Source of the DNA: Tubulanus polymorphus
Taxonomy: Eukaryota; Animalia; Nemertea
DNA length: 64,000 bases
Direction of reading: 5' to 3'
Assembly (NCBI RefSeq): GCF_964204645.1
Contig: NC_134036.1
Span: 3,658,001 to 3,722,000, forward strand
In this document: positions 59,078 to 64,000 of the stretch, in pieces
Layout of the letters: every line of letters starts with the position of its first letter
Position numbering within the stretch: position 1 is the stretch's first letter
Position numbers and translations under genes: made by a program
The notes under the pieces: model-generated
What the model was told of the DNA's origin: nothing
The model's input: the letters and a program-made list of their open reading frames with translations, nothing else
Databases searched by the model: none

Positions 59078-61447
59078 CTTATCCTTATCTTTAATCCTTC
59101 GAAAGCGTAGGTAGTAGAAAAAGAAGAGTCGGTAAGAGTCGAGAGAAGAGAGAGGGACTGAACTGACAGCAGCAGAGTTTTAATGAGCCGGGGACGACGT
59201 GGCGTCGTCGCTAATATCATCAACTACAAATTCAATTCAAATTTATCTTATTTATTTTCGTTATGAAAAATAAGATCGAATAATAATTTTGTACAAATCT
59301 ATTCTAATTTCGGTTCATTTGTGTTCTTTTCTATTTCCCGTCGCTGCAACGACGTTCCTGTAAAATATTAAGCGTCAATAAATGTAATTGAATTGGATTG
59401 TATCGAAACTTAATGTAGACTGGTTACCGGTCTCAATCCAGGCAACCAGTCTGAACTTGCAAAAGCTTTGTGTTAAAGATGATCCGCGAAGATGATAGAT
59501 AAAATGTGATATATTTCGAGAAATGATTGAAGTAATTCGGTACCAGTAATTCAAACAGGATGGCCGCAAGGGCTAAATATGCCCAGTTTGATTTTCAGAC
59601 ACGCGCTCTAGAAATCTCAATAAATTTCCCCGAGATGTTTATTTTTTTCACACAGGAAATTATCGTAGCAAGCTTCTATCAGTTGGCATTCGCTGTAGCA
59701 TAGCTGTTCTATTGCCCGAGTAGTCGAAGATGTGTGACATATAAAGATAATGACATATAAACCTGGATGAATTGGTCTTTTAGTCTTCTGTAAACCAATC
59801 TTAGAAATAGTGGTTCATTGAGTAGTCAGGATTTTAAAGAGTTGTTTGTGCGAAAATATGTCGACATAAAATTTTAGACTTCAAAGCATTCTATCAGCTC
59901 AGTAATAAACGAAACAAATAAAAACTTAAACTAAATCGTACACACTGAAAAAATAACTGATAGGATAGAATGCTTTGAATAACTGATGAGCGATCAAGTG
60001 TCCTTTTAGCGCACATAGTCACTGTTATAAGTAATTGTTTTAAGGGGTACTCTGGTGAATGTGATTGGTACAATTTGTACGAATACTAAAACAGCTAAAC
60101 TTGAATTACTGATACCATTGTTAATTTTTTATTGAAAGTATATAATCATTTAATGTTTTCTAAAGCTGGAAGAAAAAATGTCAGAATACTTATTGTAAGT
60201 GCAGTGATAATGTCTGAAAATCTTAATTAGGACAATGCAATTAGGTAAAATTATAGTTTGCTTATAAAGATAATGTCCATTTGATTAAGGTCCTAGTGTC
60301 GAAAAATAGAGGAGCAATTCCTTGATAAATGAGGAATATATGAACAGTTATGTTATTACATTATGGTTCCTCAAGCGGCGAAATCTGGCATTTTCTTGTT
60401 TTTGAAATAGAATCCAAATGTTAGAGGAACTTCCCCAAGCACTCACCTGGCATTTTTTATAAATGTTGTAAGAATAAATTTTGTAAGAGAATAAAAATGA
60501 TTTACGTTAAAAACTTCCAATCATTTTGTGAAGTTTTTTGCAAAAATCAAACGTTGATACTTTTCTATGGAAATACCGGTACCGATTTCAATTGTGGTTC
60601 AATCGAAAATAGAGGAGCAGTTTACTCCACAAATGAGGAATATATGAAGAGTGATAATTTTGTGAATTGTCCTAGCTAGTTTTTGTCACTTGTAAAGCTC
60701 AAACTTTTCGTCACCTTGATCGTACGCCAATCAAAACAAAGCTGCGCTTGTTCTCACTCCATGGTCTACATACAAAGTATATTTCTATATATAACTAATG
60801 GGCAATGAGCTAAACCTTAGAATGCGAAATCGATGCATTCCAACGCCGATTACTGAGGAGACGATTACTAACATCACGGAGCACCAGTCGCCAGGAGATC
60901 TTTCCTTTTGGACACCCCCCATTGAATGGAGACATCTTTTATTGGCCACATCAGCACATTCTCAAACCCTCGCGATAGCTTTGCTCGGCTGGCGAAAAAT
61001 ATTTTTCAATCATTTTCATCTTCTACTTCATTGCATGTACTCGAATAAATGTTTGTAGAGTTTCTGGCGAAAGCCTACATCGAAACCAAATTGTGACAAT
61101 AATTCAGTGTTCACCGTGGGCTTGGCTGTTCACTTGTTTGAATTGAAAGTCCAAATTCCCCTTTATTTTTATGTTCTCAAATGCAAAAAATGTAAAAATG
61201 TGATGAGATATTTTTCAACAAAAAGCTAATTTTTTTTCTTGGTTTTGTTCGTCAGTGTTAGCGGTAACTGTTGGTTTCCCAAATTTTATACTTAAATCTG
61301 CTTAAGCAAAAAGGATTTGTCAACATTCTTTTGTTATGAAAATGAATACGTGAACCCATTGCTGACAATTTGAGACCCTTTATTGAAACGGAACGGAGAA
61401 TCTTATTTTCTTTGAATAAATAAAGTTGATTTAAAGTTGAATTGACG

Positions 61448-63385
61448 ATGGCCGGTCGTGGAAGAGGACGAGGGGTTTTTCTGAATAAACTCAACGATGT
61501 AGCCGCTGGAAATGTGAGTAAATCCCGACATCGAGTCGGGGAGTAACATTGTCATTCGATGAAAATCACCGGCGCGAGATTGAACGCGAAAACGCTCGTA
61601 AATCTAACGATCTCCTAATCAATAAAATATTGCATTGATGAGGCAAATTCAATCTAAAATTTATTCGTCGCCGGGAAAATTCTTTAATGATAATAATAAT
61701 AATAATAATTTTATTTTCATTCAACTACATTTCAAAATAAGGTTATTTGAGACCATTTATCGAAACGGAACAATTTCGTAAGTCGATTTGACGACGACGA
61801 CGTCATGCGAAGAAATCACGCGTCGTGAAGCCAGGGGGCGCTGATGGAAGCGAGTTCGGGGAGCGATACCGGACCCTGGCAAGCAAGGATGGTTTAGTGC
61901 AGACGGTTAAAATCTGTTTGCATAGGCTTAAACTATCGAATTAATGGTCGAGATAAAAAGTACCGATTTTTTAGGCGTCTGCATCAAAAGGCCTATTGGG
62001 ATATGAAAGCGGTGCGGACAATTCCTAATACCTAGCAAACGACCTGTATGTTTTTCAGTTCAACCGACGTGGGGTTACTGATGCGCGGAAAGATCCTCTC
62101 AACGAAATCTTATGCGACATCGACAAGCTTCGACTCGGTTCCAGCGCAGGCGAATTAAGCGCGATCACCGATAAATGTAGCGCGCTCAGTACGGAATATC
62201 AACTTAAAAGTGTGGCGCAGGTACGTATGACGGACGTTCGCCGTCTACCCGGAAATCTGGGAAAAGTCGGCGAATTTTCTTTTGTTTTGACTTGAGAGCA
62301 TTCCAGGTTACCTAGCTTAGTCAGTTTTGGTGGTACATACCTGATAAAAGTCTTATTACGACCAAAAAGCACTGGCAAAGGACCTAAAAAATTGTATTAA
62401 AGGATATCCAAAAAGTCTGCACTGAAAGGGGTTCATGAGAGAAAAGAGACTCCATGATTTGAAAGTTTAACAATATGTTTCCATGCCTACTAACTGAAGT
62501 TTGGTATGTAAGCATGGAAACATATTGTTAAACTTTCAAATCATGCAGTCACTTTTCTCTTTACAACCCCTTTCAATGAAGACTTTTTGGATTCCCTTCA
62601 ATACAGTTTCAAATGGATTAAAAAGCAATGGTTTAGGTCAGCAGCCAGTCCTTTCTGGTCCTAATAAGACATCTATCGGGTAGGTACCATCAAAACTGAC
62701 TGAGTTAGGCTAGGCCTACTTGATATATGCTCTCAAGTCAAGTTGAAATAGACATTTTACTCTATTGGATTATTATCGGCCCGCACAGTGTAAACAGCCA
62801 GCAGGACTCGAAGCAGCTTGTCACTTTTCTTTAAAACGATCAGCAGCTGCAGAATATAGACGCAGGGGAATTTAGAAAAAATGTTCAGAAGTCAGGGAAG
62901 TTTGTTGAGATTGCTAGATCGCGCATAAAACCGAACAGTTTCCGTCTATGTCTTACGTATTTGACTGTGTTAGTCGATCGGATTCTTAGCATGAATAGTC
63001 AGATGAAACGTGTGCATGTTTTAGGGGAAAAGCGAGTCAAATAAAAGTGGCCACGCTTTATTACGCGTTACGCATCTAAAGTCCTTTTAAAAACCAAGTT
63101 GATATAGATATAACATGCTCGGTGCGTTGAATGACGCAAAAACGCACGAGGCTGCATTTGAGGGAGAGTTTTATTGGTCCCTCCTAAATTTGAAAGAAAA
63201 GTCTTACAACTCGAGAAACCTAAAATGAAATCTTTAAGCTCAATGGAATATTGTATCTTATGCGATGTGTAACGTTGTATATTTCTTCGTAAAAAGCCCT
63301 TTGAGTCACCATGAGAAATAAGCACTATATAAAGAAGTAAATTTCATATATAATAATAATAATAATAGTTATTATTATTATTATT

Positions 63386-63416
<31 letters not shown>

Positions 63417-63466
63417 TGTTTATTTTTGCAGCACATATACGACCGGTGTTTGAGCAATATAGATTT

Positions 63467-63542
<76 letters not shown>

Positions 63543-63592
63543 TGTTTATTTTTGCAGCACATATACGACCGGTGTTTGAGCAATATAGATTT

Positions 63593-63653
<61 letters not shown>

Positions 63654-63703
63654 TGTATATTTTTGCAGCACATATACGACCGTTGTTTGAGCAATATAGA
63701 TTT

Positions 63704-63740
<37 letters not shown>

Positions 63741-63790
63741 TATATATTTTTGCAGCACATATACGACCGGTGTTTGAGCAATATAGATTT

Positions 63791-63831
<41 letters not shown>

Positions 63832-64000
63832 CATTATTATTATTATTATATTGTATACTTTTGCAGCACATATACGACCGTTGTTTGAGCAATATAGATT
63901 TCATTAGCGTCGGCGTGTCGTTGTTCAATTCGCTGCTGCCGCTTCAGGTCCCCGATTTTTCGCAGAAATTTCGCAGCGTCGTCCTCAACCTGGTGCAACA
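61448..64000 (+). CDS. MIF4G-domain protein, CTIF/MIF4GD(SLIP1)-like, 5' part
   Basis: Phase-0 exons 61448-61513 (MAGRGRGRGVFLNKLNDVAAGN), 62059-62220 (...LSTEYQLKSVAQ) and 63867->64000 (HIYDRCLSNIDFISVGVSLFNSL...QKFRSVVLNLVQ), resembling the CTIF MIF4G segment TIYQKA...KFRSLLLNMLQ as recalled from memory. Confidence 0.75.
62287..62741. mobile_element. Foldback / long imperfect palindrome (~455 bp), intronic
   Basis: Arms TTGACTTGAGAGCAT...ATGCTCTCAAGTCAA; inner CATGATTTGAAAGTTTAACAATATGTTTCCATGC pairs perfectly with its downstream complement. Confidence 0.9.
63350..63900 (+). repeat. Five copies of splice acceptor + exon start separated by (TTA)n microsatellite
   Basis: TTTTGCAG|CACATATACGACCG(G/T)TGTTTGAGCAATATAGATTT with exon starts at 63432, 63558, 63669, 63756 and 63867. 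Confidence 0.95.

Noticed and set aside
61805-61905. Short ORF ending TCG-TGA, considered as an antizyme-like +1 frameshift or extra exon
   Set aside because: Not the TCC-TGA site, no antizyme similarity, and exons 61513/62059 already join in phase.
63325-63928. Poly-Ile and poly-Asn ORFs listed in the track
   Set aside because: Alternative frames of the (TTA)n array; only the Leu frame is continuous with the MIF4G exon.

Overview
AT-rich, intron-rich animal genomic DNA; the GRL101-like and FMRFamide-receptor-like GPCRs suggest a bilaterian invertebrate, probably spiralian, but the species cannot be determined. Four spliced genes lie on the minus strand: an EML/EMAP-like gene with an unusual EF-hand-like N-terminus (ATG 22543, runs off the left edge), EXD2, USP8 and TMED7. 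A CTIF/MIF4GD-like gene starts on the plus strand at 61448 and runs off the right edge. Two GPCR genes are nested antisense inside host introns: a ~1920-aa CUB/C-type-lectin/LDLa/LRR/7TM GRL101-type receptor in a 9.9-kb EML intron, and an intronless FMRFamide-receptor-like GPCR in a USP8 intron. Non-coding features include minimal Penelope-type hammerhead ribozyme motifs, a TTAA piggyBac-type MITE family (5 copies), other MITEs and foldbacks, a dispersed 109-bp satellite-like repeat, and two tandem arrays built from splice junctions. The most unusual structure is a five-fold, in-frame repeat of the MIF4G exon-3 splice acceptor spaced by (TTA)n. Exon boundaries were read by hand from GT/AG sites and phase compatibility; no database searches were run.
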